From: a virus
Taxonomy: Duplodnaviria > Caudoviricetes
Strand: one strand, 5' to 3'
DNA: 63,839 bases
Virus record (IMG/VR): IMGVR_UViG_3300022752_000068
Location: 1-63,839 of that record
The position numbers were made by a program, and so were the translations under genes. The notes beneath the pieces were generated by a model that did not search any database, was not told the origin of the DNA, and saw only the letters and a program-made list of their open reading frames with translations. Shown here piece by piece: positions 19,763 through 30,300 of the stretch (its first letter is position 1; the number at the start of each line of letters is the position of its first letter).

Positions 19763-21688
19763 TTATCTCCGACCGTCCTCTCTGGCATCTAATCTTGGCG
19801 AACCTAATTGCCAATTCACGCCAAGTTGGTTGGACATGACCTTAATAGCCATTTGTCTAGCCCGTGCCCTTATCCATACTTGGTCGGTGTAAACATCTAC
19901 CGATGTCTGTACTACTGGCTGTGTGTCAAAACTATCGGATTGATAGGTAGAGCCAGGAAAATTCCTTGGCTTAACCATGAAATCCACAGCAGGCACTGCT
20001 GCCGTTGACCCATCAAAATTGATGTCTGGTATTACCCTGCGTGTCAGCATAAATTTGTCGCCTTCGCCAACATCAAAGTCTGATGATTGGATATATGCTT
20101 CCATTGGTGAGCCATCCGCATCAACGCCGTATTCGTGGTTCATCAGTACGTTATCAGTACCAACCGCTTGCGGATTAGGTCTAAGTGGGCTATCAAGCCA
20201 TGCTGTCCTGTCTAGTGTGCCGTAGTACCAAATTCGCTCCAAGAAGTTATACACCACATAGGAATCGTTCGTTGATGCGCTGGCACTTGGGTAAAACCAC
20301 CATATCTCATGGTACGCCTCGTTCGTCCCGCATACTACCTGTTCGCGTTGGTTGTAGTTTAAATTTGCAAAGACATGGTTTCGCAGTGAGCAAGGCAAGG
20401 TCTCAACCGCCCCAGTAAAGCCATAAAATTTATCCGTCCCCATCCAAAATGTAGCGTTATTGACGGAAACCACAGCACGTGGGCTTATTAGCGAAATGTT
20501 GTCGGCTAATTCTTGCAAGTTAAAAACCTCAGTTGTCCCAGTGTACTGAAGCGAGAACAAATGCGAATCCGTCCATACCAATATTGTTTGCCGTGTTGGT
20601 AATGCTCTGACAATACTAGAACCCCTCGACACCCGTATGAACCCTGCACTTGATAGCGTCCCGGTACTCGGCACAATTAGCGTATTGCTTGGAGTCCAAT
20701 ACTCTGGCGCATCCTGCGATGCCCATCGGATGAGCAACGGGTCATACTCGCTTTCCGATACCGCACCCAATGGCGTAGTACCAAATGCAAGCAAATGCTT
20801 ATCGTTTTGCGATACAAAAGTTTGCATGGCAATCAATGGCACATCGGCTGAATTTGGTACGCTAGCTAATGGTATTGCCCTTGTTGCCAATTTGAGGCTA
20901 AGTTGTCCCAGTGAACCACGTTCCCAATAATACAAAGCACCCTTACGGATGTTCATAACGATGTTATTGTCTAGGTTATCGAACCACCAATCACGCTGTA
21001 ATAGTGCAATTGGTTTTGATGCGCCAGTACCCCATCCTCTTCTACCCCAAGTACCAACGCCCCACCCATAGCCATAAGTTGTTTTGTCGTAGCCTATGCT
21101 TATTTGATATGCGCCTACTGTAGCCGCCCCACCAAATCCAGTATCAGAAGCATTGCTCACAACGGGTAGTCCAGTTGTTGGGTTTTTTGCAATAACTGTA
21201 TATCCGTTGTTATTAATTACAGATTCAATTCTGTATTCTTGGTTTAGGACTGCTGCCGTAATGTTGCCGCCTAATCCTACCGCCCCACTAAATGTTACGT
21301 AATCGCCTACTTGCGCATTTGAGCCAATGTCCGCAACGGTAATAGTTGAACTGTAGGGTAACATTGTTACCGCAGTAAATGTCACATCACCTGCTGCCGT
21401 CGTGCTACGCAGTGGGGTTATGTCGTAATAGTCAGTGCCCGCGTTTATGTAGACTTTCTGATTAGTCCCCATTACAAGAAAATTGTCATTAAAACTGGTG
21501 ACATAGTTGTGCATTTGGCGGCACACACCAATAAAGGTTTTGGTAGTTGCTTTTGCCCATCCACCAAGTTTTTGAGGAAAGCCAGAGCGAAACCTCACCT
21601 TGTCGCAGGCAAACCATCCACCCTCATTAGAGTAGTTCGTTTGGTCTCTGTTGATGCCTGGCCTAAATTGAAGTTTCAAGAATGGCAT
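19763..21688 (-). CDS. Tail nozzle / packaged-DNA stabilisation protein (P22 gp10-like)
   Basis: 641 aa, beta-propeller-like, FRPGINRD N-terminus and DGRR C-terminus. Confidence 0.65.
   Translation of the reverse strand: MPFLKLQFRPGINRDQTNYSNEGGWFACDKVRFRSGFPQKLGGWAKATTKTFIGVCRQMHNYVTSFNDNFLVMGTNQKVYINAGTDYYDITPLRSTTAAGDVTFTAVTMLPYSSTITVADIGSNAQVGDYVTFSGAVGLGGNITAAVLNQEYRIESVINNNGYTVIAKNPTTGLPVVSNASDTGFGGAATVGAYQISIGYDKTTYGYGWGVGTWGRRGWGTGASKPIALLQRDWWFDNLDNNIVMNIRKGALYYWERGSLGQLSLKLATRAIPLASVPNSADVPLIAMQTFVSQNDKHLLAFGTTPLGAVSESEYDPLLIRWASQDAPEYWTPSNTLIVPSTGTLSSAGFIRVSRGSSIVRALPTRQTILVWTDSHLFSLQYTGTTEVFNLQELADNISLISPRAVVSVNNATFWMGTDKFYGFTGAVETLPCSLRNHVFANLNYNQREQVVCGTNEAYHEIWWFYPSASASTNDSYVVYNFLERIWYYGTLDRTAWLDSPLRPNPQAVGTDNVLMNHEYGVDADGSPMEAYIQSSDFDVGEGDKFMLTRRVIPDINFDGSTAAVPAVDFMVKPRNFPGSTYQSDSFDTQPVVQTSVDVYTDQVWIRARARQMAIKVMSNQLGVNWQLGSPRLDAREDGRR
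21358..21370. promoter_or_regulatory. Palindromic site GTAAC-N3-GTTAC (intragenic)
   Basis: GGTAACATTGTTACC at 21357-21371. Confidence 0.6.
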
Positions 21689-21715
21689 TATGATTTCCCT
21701 TATTGGTCGGTTGCA

Positions 21716-22126
21716 TTACTTTGATGCCACACCCTTTGTTTTCTCAAAAGTTCGGTAGCCACCAAGTCCTAAAATTCCGCCAAGAACATACATCAGAACA
21801 TCTGAATCTAATTGCGGTGGAGTTGGTGCGCCGTTCATTAGTGCTATCCATGCAAATAGCGGGTGTAGTATGGCGGCGTAAGCCATCCCAAACCCGCAAA
21901 CCCAAACAATGAACGGTCTTGCGCCAGATACGAAAATGCTTTGGTGCTCCGCCTCTGCCTTATTAACCTCAACCTGTCCAAGCATCAGTTTGACCTGTGC
22001 ATCAAGTTCGGCCAGTTGCCCCTCTTGCGCCAGTTTCAATGCCTCCAGCTTCGCAGCGTCTTTCGCTTTCTCGTCGGGTAGAATTTTATCGAGTAGTGGC
22101 AGGAGTGCCGTTACAATCTGAATCAT
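21716..22126 (-). CDS. 3TM-type holin (GTA_holin_3TM-like)
   Basis: EA.HQSIFVSGARPFIVW...LGGILGLGGYRTFEK.KG signature. Confidence 0.85.
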   Translation of the reverse strand: MIQIVTALLPLLDKILPDEKAKDAAKLEALKLAQEGQLAELDAQVKLMLGQVEVNKAEAEHQSIFVSGARPFIVWVCGFGMAYAAILHPLFAWIALMNGAPTPPQLDSDVLMYVLGGILGLGGYRTFEKTKGVASK

Positions 22127-22542
22127 GGATAATATCTCCGGTCTAGCTCAAAATGCGGGCCATCTTTCATTCTCCAGTTGCCGCCCCACATTAGCCTTAC
22201 GGCGCACTCGTCTGCCGCCTGCTGCATGGCCTTTGCAAGCTCATCGTAAAGCGGCCAGTCCCACCGAACTTCTCCACCAACCATAGCGGCTAAATCGACT
22301 GCGTGGCCTGTTAAATGCCGACTGTTCATTGTTTGACTGGCTCCAGCTTTCATAAGCTCCGCCTGTCGTTTTTCTGTGCGTACCCCTTCCGTGACGCAGA
22401 AATCAACCTTGGTGATCTGAATCGCTCGCTCAACAACCCTTATTAGGTCTGGATGAACTCCTTTTAAATTGGCGTAAGAACGTCCTGAGAGATTGAATTG
22501 CTGCGCTGGTTTTCTGAATATGAACCGTTCAAGAATTGACAT
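22123..22542 (-). CDS. Endolysin, M15-family L-Ala-D-Glu peptidase
   Basis: GVHPDL, EGVRT..RQ, SRHLTGHAVD, WGGNW...DGPHFEL motifs. Confidence 0.9.
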   Translation of the reverse strand: MSILERFIFRKPAQQFNLSGRSYANLKGVHPDLIRVVERAIQITKVDFCVTEGVRTEKRQAELMKAGASQTMNSRHLTGHAVDLAAMVGGEVRWDWPLYDELAKAMQQAADECAVRLMWGGNWRMKDGPHFELDRRYYP

Positions 22543-22550
22543 GCTGCCTC

Positions 22551-22928
22551 CTAGTTACCACACCACCCAAGCCTAGTGCCGCCGCTGTATGGTCTAACCA
22601 AACCTGTTCGAATCATCTCGGATGATAAGCTTTTGCCGTCTACCATAACATCTGCTACTACTCGCCCGCTGTACTTGTCATCTTTCACGTTTTGTAAAGT
22701 AACGCTTTTGGCTGTTTGCAAATAATGCGCCAGTGCTTCTGTGGCCTCTTCAGCTTTGACTTTTTCAAAATCGCACTTTCCCTTAATCTCTGGCGCATCA
22801 ATTCCATTTACTCGCACCGCTGTAACTATTTCGACACCTTGCCAAACGGGTACGCGGGCTTTGAATGTGTCTCCATCAGTAACCCCAAGAAGCATAGCCG
22901 TATACACACCAACAGCATATTGAATCAT
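22551..22928 (-). CDS. Thermonuclease (SNase-like)
   Basis: DGDT, VRVNGIDAPE and DKYSGRVVA motifs. Confidence 0.85.
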   Translation of the reverse strand: MIQYAVGVYTAMLLGVTDGDTFKARVPVWQGVEIVTAVRVNGIDAPEIKGKCDFEKVKAEEATEALAHYLQTAKSVTLQNVKDDKYSGRVVADVMVDGKSLSSEMIRTGLVRPYSGGTRLGWCGN

Positions 22929-23215
22929 GCAACACCTTTTTTGACGATTACCTCAACTACGGTATAAAGCACACAAGCCAACCCCCATGCGCCAATACCT
23001 CTATTTATCCATTTATCCACACGCCGTTCAACATAATTGATTTGAGTTTGTTGCCTTGCGCAAGTTTCGCCCAGTTTTGCAATTTGCTCGGTTTGGTGCG
23101 TCTGCCGTTCTTCGAGAATAACCAATCGCATTACTGCATCTGTTAATTTGTCCAGCTTGTCCTCTAGGCGTTTTAGGTCTGTTTCTGTAACCATGTTAAC
23201 CCCATTTGAATCCAT
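22925..23215 (-). CDS. Small coiled-coil membrane protein (lysis region)
   Basis: Coiled coil plus one C-terminal hydrophobic helix. Confidence 0.55.
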   Translation of the reverse strand: MDSNGVNMVTETDLKRLEDKLDKLTDAVMRLVILEERQTHQTEQIAKLGETCARQQTQINYVERRVDKWINRGIGAWGLACVLYTVVEVIVKKGVA

Positions 23216-23272
23216 ATCAACTCCAAAACCAAAACAAACAGAAATGCCAAATGGCTAACGGCATAAGCAAAA

Positions 23273-23440
23273 TCATTTTGCCCTCTTGTCGTAAATCGAC
23301 CAAACAAAACCAATCAGCGTCAAAACTGCCCCGATGACTGCTTCGAGTGTTGCTCCGTCAATCCCGTAGCTTGCGGCCATTGCGCCGCCTGCCGCTGTTA
23401 AAATGTGGCGTGTTAAGCCAAGTGCTACTTCTTTGTTCAT
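23273..23440 (-). CDS. Small 2-TM holin-like protein (55 aa, not in ORF track)
   Basis: MNKEVALGLTRHILTAAGG...IGAVLTLIGFVWSIYDKRAK, read directly from the sequence. Confidence 0.65.
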   Translation of the reverse strand: MNKEVALGLTRHILTAAGGAMAASYGIDGATLEAVIGAVLTLIGFVWSIYDKRAK

Positions 23441-23446
23441 GGTTTT

Positions 23447-23761
23447 TTACTCCCAAGGTGCCCGTAAATATTCATACTGCGGGTGGGCTTGAGCATGGAT
23501 AGCGGACTCCAAACCCTGCTCAATCATCTGCTTGCCGAGAGTAGGCTCAACCCATTGCCAAACCTGTTCTTCGGTCAAATCTTCAAACGGGGTAAAGGGT
23601 TGATCTGGCAAATACTTAACTGGCACAAAGCCTGATGCCGATGCGCTGTATTCGCCGTCTGTTGCAAAACAATGCCATACTACTTTTACCACTACTTTTT
23701 CTAAACCGCTTTGCTTCAGATCTACCATTAGCTGTTGAATATTCCAAGTAAATGCAGTCAT
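23447..23761 (-). CDS. Tail-fibre-associated small protein
   Basis: FTWNI...VVWHC...FEDLTEEQVWQW...PW pattern; follows the tail fibre. Confidence 0.6.
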   Translation of the reverse strand: MTAFTWNIQQLMVDLKQSGLEKVVVKVVWHCFATDGEYSASASGFVPVKYLPDQPFTPFEDLTEEQVWQWVEPTLGKQMIEQGLESAIHAQAHPQYEYLRAPWE

Positions 23762-25230
23762 TTTGCCTCCAGTGCGGCAATGCGGGCGGTGAGTGCTTCG
23801 ATTAGGGCTTGTTGTTTTTCAATCAATGCTTGCTGTTCTTGGATTGCTGCAAACGCCAATGGTATGGTTTCCGTATAGGACAAACCAAGGGTATTGAGTT
23901 CATTATTCTGCTTAGAAACCGGCTCTGGGAAATGTTTTTCAAAATCTTGAGCAATAAAAAATGCTCTACTCACAGATTCGTCATCTGCCAAATATCGCCC
24001 CGTTACTGCTCGAATGGAGCAAACTTTTTTAATTGCGTTTTCAATTGGTGTAAGCGAAGTCTTTAATCTTTCGTCCGAGCTGGAAATCCAAGATGTACCT
24101 CCATCGTTCATATACACACCAACGCCGCTTTGATTGTAAATGACTATGTTGTTTGCGCTACCATCGGGGCCAATTCGCCAATTTTTATTGCTTGCACTTG
24201 CCGTGTGTCTTAAAAAAAGTTGACCGCCGTAGCTTCCTTGCACTTGAAGTGTGCCGTTTACAGCTCCTGCAAAACTAGTTGCGGTATTTACAAGTAAATT
24301 CCCGCTCGCATCCAGCGTCATCTTCGGATCGCCAAACGGAATAGTGCTTCCTGCTGTGCCTGCGGGGGCTGAGTACCAACGGTGTACGCCTAAACTATTT
24401 TGAGACAACCCAACAGGAACACCTGATTGAGAATATATATATTCTCCAGATTGGTTTACATAACTTGCTGTAGATAGTTCAATCCTATTAGGTCCATTTG
24501 ATGCAACGCTCGAACCTGCTACCTGAATTGCTTTAAAATTGCTACCCCAAGCACTCGGCGTAACACCTACCCCAACATTCCCACTCGCATCAACAATAAC
24601 CCTCTGTGCTCCACCCGTGCTAATTGCCACTTGGTCGGCTGCTGGGAAATACAAGCCAGTGTTTGTGTCGCCTGTGGGGGAGATTGAGGGGGCTGCGGCT
24701 GTGCCTGCGGCTACTTTGGTTGCCTGATTGAATGTTGCCGTTGCATTTACTGTGAGAATGTCAGTACTTGCAACACCTATTGTCGTGTTTCCTTCGATAC
24801 TCAAATTGCCACGGATTGTTTTGCTGCTGCTTACTTTGGTAATCTCAACAAAGTCGCTTCCATTCCATGCAATTGTTGCTGATGCGCCTGCGGGTACTGC
24901 CACGCCAGTAGTTGCTGCACCCTTTAGCGTTACAGTGCTGTCCGATTGGTTAATCAGTTGGTATATCTTTGATGAACTAGGGGCAATGATGTTTCGTGCA
25001 ACGCCTGGTGTTCCAGTTGCTACAATGATTGCCATCCGTGCTTGATCTGTTTGACCAGTATTGCTTGTTAGTGTTACGTCACCCAACAGTACGCTGACCG
25101 TAACAATGCCCGATACAGCATCTTCAATCAACTGGGTTATCCTATCATTGACAATTGCGCCCCAAGTGTTTTCTTCTGTGCCTTCTACTGGCTTTGCAAG
25201 CCCCAGTAACGCCGTGTAATTGATAGTCAT
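23758..25230 (-). CDS. Tail fibre with C-terminal intramolecular chaperone (peptidase S74)
   Basis: SSDERLK autocleavage motif, FIAQD and terminal coiled coil AIQEQQALIE. Confidence 0.85.
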   Translation of the reverse strand: MTINYTALLGLAKPVEGTEENTWGAIVNDRITQLIEDAVSGIVTVSVLLGDVTLTSNTGQTDQARMAIIVATGTPGVARNIIAPSSSKIYQLINQSDSTVTLKGAATTGVAVPAGASATIAWNGSDFVEITKVSSSKTIRGNLSIEGNTTIGVASTDILTVNATATFNQATKVAAGTAAAPSISPTGDTNTGLYFPAADQVAISTGGAQRVIVDASGNVGVGVTPSAWGSNFKAIQVAGSSVASNGPNRIELSTASYVNQSGEYIYSQSGVPVGLSQNSLGVHRWYSAPAGTAGSTIPFGDPKMTLDASGNLLVNTATSFAGAVNGTLQVQGSYGGQLFLRHTASASNKNWRIGPDGSANNIVIYNQSGVGVYMNDGGTSWISSSDERLKTSLTPIENAIKKVCSIRAVTGRYLADDESVSRAFFIAQDFEKHFPEPVSKQNNELNTLGLSYTETIPLAFAAIQEQQALIEKQQALIEALTARIAALEAK

Positions 25231-25238
25231 GATTGTCC

Positions 25239-25655
25239 TTATTTGATTCTAAGCAAAGCCGATTGCGCTGTGTTTGCTGGCATTTGTACCGTGAACGTTG
25301 TGGTGCAGGTTTTATCTGAACCAAAGTTTACTACCGCTATGCTTTTGTTTCCCTTGCTTGCGTTATACAGCAAACCACCTCTAGCTGTAAAGTTTGCTCC
25401 AACCCATTGCACATCGTCAAAATCCACAAATGCCGTTTTGCCGTTGGTTGATACTGTTACGCCTGTCATGGTCTGTCCGCCAGCGGTATAGCCAGTTCCA
25501 ACCACTTCATTTGCCGTATCGTATACCTGAGTGTCATCACCCAAATTGGCAAATGCCGTGTACAAAGCTAGCTTGATAGTGTCTGTTGCTAGGTTATGTT
25601 CCCCTAGCAATATCTGCTGCTTAAAACTAGTTGTCAGTGTTTGCTGTATGCTCAT
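25239..25655 (-). CDS. Virion structural protein
   Basis: SFKQQIL...IKLALYT...GYTAGG motif. Confidence 0.65.
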   Translation of the reverse strand: MSIQQTLTTSFKQQILLGEHNLATDTIKLALYTAFANLGDDTQVYDTANEVVGTGYTAGGQTMTGVTVSTNGKTAFVDFDDVQWVGANFTARGGLLYNASKGNKSIAVVNFGSDKTCTTTFTVQMPANTAQSALLRIK

Positions 25656-26302
25656 TTCACTGCTGTCCGTGTTTGGGTATTGCGGAATGTATCTTGCCGT
25701 AGCTTGCCTTCGCCCAACTGTTTAAGCAATACTATAGAGTCATTGTACAGGTTTAGGTATAGCTGCACCATATCCTGCTCTCCCTTCATAAAGCGAATAG
25801 CCTCAACCAAAGCGCCATTCAGCAATGCGGAATCAAAATTATTGCCAAGCCATGTTTGCCCTGCTGTAACAATAGATTCTGGGTAAAAATAGTAGTGCAA
25901 CTCCATTCCATAGGCAGCATCGGGTGTTGGTCCAAGGATAAAAGACAATTCATCCGCAACATCTGAGCGTGGTCCAAATATGGCGTAATGCGCAGGTACA
26001 CCCGTGTCGGTAGGGTTTGGGTATGCCTCTCTAATGAAGTTAACATCTTTGTCAAGCAAGTATTGATACTGCCCATTAGGTAGAATTACCGCCATTGAGT
26101 ACACCGACAAAAAGTCAAGTGGCGCAGACAAATACTTGTTGCTTGCTGTTACAGCTCCAGTAACGTTTTTTCGTAACGCAGGTAATTGCACCGTGTTGTA
26201 AATCTTTTGCTCCGCTTGTTGGATAAACATATTCATGTCATCCGTGGCAAAAGTGTTTTCACAAGTGCTTGTTATTTGTTGGACTAAATCAGCGTAGTTC
26301 AT
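25652..26302 (-). CDS. Head-tail adaptor-like protein
   Basis: FIQQAEQKI...GPTPD..Y...HY...TWL...ALL.GALVEA..FMK pattern. Confidence 0.65.
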   Translation of the reverse strand: MNYADLVQQITSTCENTFATDDMNMFIQQAEQKIYNTVQLPALRKNVTGAVTASNKYLSAPLDFLSVYSMAVILPNGQYQYLLDKDVNFIREAYPNPTDTGVPAHYAIFGPRSDVADELSFILGPTPDAAYGMELHYYFYPESIVTAGQTWLGNNFDSALLNGALVEAIRFMKGEQDMVQLYLNLYNDSIVLLKQLGEGKLRQDTFRNTQTRTAVK

Positions 26303-26304
26303 GG

Positions 26305-26958
26305 TTAGTTAGTTGGTATTTGTTGCCAATTGGTTGTTGTGGAAACTGTTGGCGCAGTCCATGTTACATTCTGCGTATTGATTACATTTTGCCAGTTTGG
26401 TGTCTGTGTGTCATCTATATTTTCCCAAACTCTTGCACTTAACTTTACTGGTTGACCGTAGACTATATACGCACCAAAAACGGCACTCAGAAGTTTGCTT
26501 TTATATATAGCTGCTGAATAGCCATTTGTAAGGTAACTTCCAGTGCTTGTGCTTAACGTCAAATTGCGATTTATTTCTGCGCTATTGCCTGATGTTAAAT
26601 ACTGTCCATATAAACCAATTAATGCCAGGTTGCGCTGAATCTCTGCCGCACTTCCTTGAACTACATACTCACCCTTTTGCGCTTGTATTACGGTTGACCG
26701 CAGCACCTCTGCTGTATTTCCAGACAGAAAATATGAACCAACTTGCACTGTTAATGGGTATGTTTTGAACGCTATTGCATTTGAACCGCTTATTGCGTAG
26801 TGCCCTTCTAATGCAAACAAATTTCGCTTTTTTTGTATTTGCGCCTGGCTACCTGTTATGGTGTATTCACCAGACTGCGCACTTAAAGAATAAACTGTTA
26901 ATGCGCCCCATGCAGCACCCCACGCTTTGCCCCATGATTTACCCCATGCGCTAACCAT
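26305..26958 (-). CDS. Virion protein with beta-repeats
   Basis: Repeated L.A..G.Y.I.G..A.I units. Confidence 0.55.
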   Translation of the reverse strand: MVSAWGKSWGKAWGAAWGALTVYSLSAQSGEYTITGSQAQIQKKRNLFALEGHYAISGSNAIAFKTYPLTVQVGSYFLSGNTAEVLRSTVIQAQKGEYVVQGSAAEIQRNLALIGLYGQYLTSGNSAEINRNLTLSTSTGSYLTNGYSAAIYKSKLLSAVFGAYIVYGQPVKLSARVWENIDDTQTPNWQNVINTQNVTWTAPTVSTTTNWQQIPTN

Positions 26959-26961
26959 GTC

Positions 26962-27387
26962 TTACACCGGATTCCACGGGTCAATCTCTTGGCCTGTGCC
27001 TTTGACTTGAACATCATTTACATATTGGATGTTTGCATCAACCATGCCAGCTAGGGTAAATGTGAGGCTGTCTGTCTTGGCTTTGATTGCCGTAGAGGTT
27101 GCTTGCAATGCCAAATCAGACGCTTTAATCTCTGCCGATCCGTCCCATTGCAATGTTCCGCCGCCCACCACGTTTGCCCCGTCTTTTACGACAATTGAAT
27201 ACACCCCCGCAACTGGTGCTGGGGATGTGGGTACACTGCCCCAATAAACGCCCGCGCTGGTGCTATCGCTCATGGCTATCGGGCCGATACTTGACGCACC
27301 TGCCCCAGCGGCTCCGGATTGATATAAATACGCCTGTAAAGTCGTTAACCCGTTCTGTGTGTAAGGGAATTGAAGTTCGTTTGCCAT
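26962..27387 (-). CDS. Hypothetical virion protein
   Basis: 141-aa ORF in the structural operon. Confidence 0.5.
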   Translation of the reverse strand: MANELQFPYTQNGLTTLQAYLYQSGAAGAGASSIGPIAMSDSTSAGVYWGSVPTSPAPVAGVYSIVVKDGANVVGGGTLQWDGSAEIKASDLALQATSTAIKAKTDSLTFTLAGMVDANIQYVNDVQVKGTGQEIDPWNPV

Positions 27388-27395
27388 GTATCACC

Positions 27396-30300
27396 TTAAT
27401 TTAATAGTTTCTTAATTGATATTCTGTTCATCGTACTCCCGCCTATTAAATTTGCAGTCGTAGCTGACCCAACTGCTACGTATGCGGACACTCTTATTAC
27501 GTCATTAGCTTGTAAATTAACTATTGTTGACGCACTTGCGGACTGACTTGTTACATTAGTATCTGTTGAGGCTGCATGGCGGGATCTCGCTCCCGAAAGT
27601 GCTGTTAATGTTCCTGAACGCAACCTTCTTACAGCCGATTCAACCGTAATACCTGCGCTTGAATCTGTGTGGTATGCCATTGTTTGATAATTTATTTCAT
27701 AAGTTCCGTCATAATTAATTGTTATTGCTCCTGAATTGTTAGTAAAAAATAAACTATCAATTATTTCAGTTGTATACGGCACTGGGTCTAAAAATGCTGA
27801 CAACGATGTATTATTAACTAAACCTGCGGTAAATCTTGGGGTTCCAGCAATTTTTGGTAAATCAATGTAATTTCCCGTTGGTGTTGTAAAACTGGCAGTG
27901 TTTGTCCAAGTTACATTGGCGCAAGTAATATCGTATTGTGAGCCGCCAGTAAAACTGGGGCACGAAATATAAAAATGATAAGTGTTATTGCTAACTTGCA
28001 CCACACGCACTGCGCTCGGGGCTATTTGTGTTACGACATTTTCTATTGTGTAATAGCCGTCTGCGTAAAAATTACCAGTGCTGCCAGTTTGAAAAGATGA
28101 ATTGTTCGATGTTTTGAAAAAGATATTTGTAATCTGATTTTGACTTATCTGAGCAGTGTAACCTGACGACATTGCTACGGTTATACATATTTTTGACCCG
28201 TTTTGATTGACGTTTGTAGCCTCGCCTAATTTGATCCATTGGGCCGCGCCACCCGTGTCAGGCAAGCTGTATGTACGTTTTAACTCTCCGGTTGTTGCCG
28301 TTAATATGTTTGTAGCCGATGTACCGTCGTTGTTTTCTATCTGAATTTCAGTGTTTCCGGTTGCTCGTCTAAGAACAATACCCGTTCCTACTTTTTTATA
28401 AATTCGCCCACCATAAGGCAGCACTAACCCCGCGCCGTCTGTGGTTTGATTTAATGTTAAATCGCCAGTAGTTCTGCCTAACTTAAGTAGCGTTGTGCCA
28501 AAGCTGCTGTTACGATAACCTCCGTTTGCGTTAATTCTAAAATCGTCGTCAGCATTTGTCCCGCCACCAATAAGCCAATTTAAATTGCTGCTATTGGTTA
28601 AAATAATTGATGCTCTATCTGAACCTGTTAAGGTTTCTACCCTGAATTCGCTAACAACGCCGTAAGAATGACTGGCGTTTGTATTTCTAACCAATAAGGC
28701 CGCCCCGTCTATACCTGTAGAACCTGTTTTTACAAGTTCAAAAGGTACCGCCGCGCTGTGCGTTGCTTTTACAGACCCCGCCACGTCTAATGTAGTAGAT
28801 GGTGTTGTTGTTCCTATTCCTAAACTGCCAACAAAATAACTTGAGTCATAGCCCAATTTTGCAAAATCTTTATATGTGCCGTCCTGCCTGAAACCGCTAA
28901 ATAAAAAATAACCGTTAGACGTATTTGCGCCATCGCGTATCAATCTGATATCACAAAGTACACGCCCGCTCGGTAAAGTTCCTGTTGGGTTAATTTGTAA
29001 TGTAATTGACGAGTACTGATTAGCAATATTTGACGTGCTGTAATTTTGCATCACGAAAAAACGACCCGCTTCCGTTAAATCGGTGTTAGCGGCATACACC
29101 ACCTCTGAATTAGCCGTTATGGTCATGATGCCTCGGTAATCCTCGTTTGTACCTACAAACAAACGGGCATCACCACGCAAAGCCATAATGTTGGATGTGC
29201 CTGCATACCACCGGTGAAAATATGAACTTGTGCTGCTTGGGCTGCTATACCATAGTGAGCCAGCTCCAATCCCGATTGCGTAATCTACAGTAGAAGCAGT
29301 AACTTGAGGATAAAAAACTAATTTTGTCCCAGCGGATCTAGTTGTAGTAGAAGGGAAGGCTACGCCCGCCCAATTAAAATCAACACGGTTGCCGCTTGTG
29401 CCATTTAAATAAATTTGCCCGCCGCCTGTTGTTGTATTGTTTGCCAGCGTTGATATAAATTGCCCAGTCAGGGTGCCACCCGCCAATGGTAATTTCGTTC
29501 CGTCAGCTATAGTTATGTTTGCCGTGCCATCAAACGCAACGCCGTTGATAGTCCTTGCTGTTTGCAGTGCCGTAGCCGTCGCTGCGTTTCCCGTCGTGCT
29601 TTGATTAAGCGTCGGAACGTCCGCCACTTGAATGGCCGACATGGTGACATTTGTGCCATTGCCGCGTAAATACTGGCCTGATGTTGTCGCCCCTGCAAGT
29701 GCGTTGATTGCGGCTTGCTGGGTTGATGCTCCAGTACCCCCATCTGCAATGGCCAAGTCTGTAATGCCTGCGATTGAGCCACCCGTTATTGCTACACTGT
29801 TGGCGTTTTGCGTTGCAATTGTTCCAAGTCCGAGTGATGTGCGTGTTTGCGCTGGCGTTTCTAATACCCAACTCGTACCGTTTCCTACAATAAAATTGTC
29901 AAGGGTAGGCGTTAAAGCTGCAATGGCTGTTAAATCTGAATCTAAAGGTTGTGCATCAGTTATCCCGTACCCCGCTAGCGTTGTTGGTTTACCAGTTACG
30001 CTTGAAAATGCTGGCGTGATAGTGATGTTTGCCGATGCAGTAAGCCTGCCTTGTGCGTCTACGGTGTACTGAGGTGCTTGCGTTGCGCTTCCGTAAATGC
30101 CTGCGGTCACTGCGGTATTTGCAAGGGCTAACGTCCTATTTGCACTTAAATCACCGCCGCCACTCAAGCCTGTTGATGTGCTAATTGTTCTGGTGGTAGG
30201 TACCGCCCCTACGTCTGCGCTTGATAAAACTACTGTGCCCGTGTAGCCATTTACAGATGTTACCGCGTCGGTATTGTCAATCTTTTCCCACGCCGTCCCG

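Noticed and set aside
23187-23199. GTAACCATGTTAA near-match to the palindrome
   Set aside because: One arm mismatch and a C in the spacer; compatible with chance
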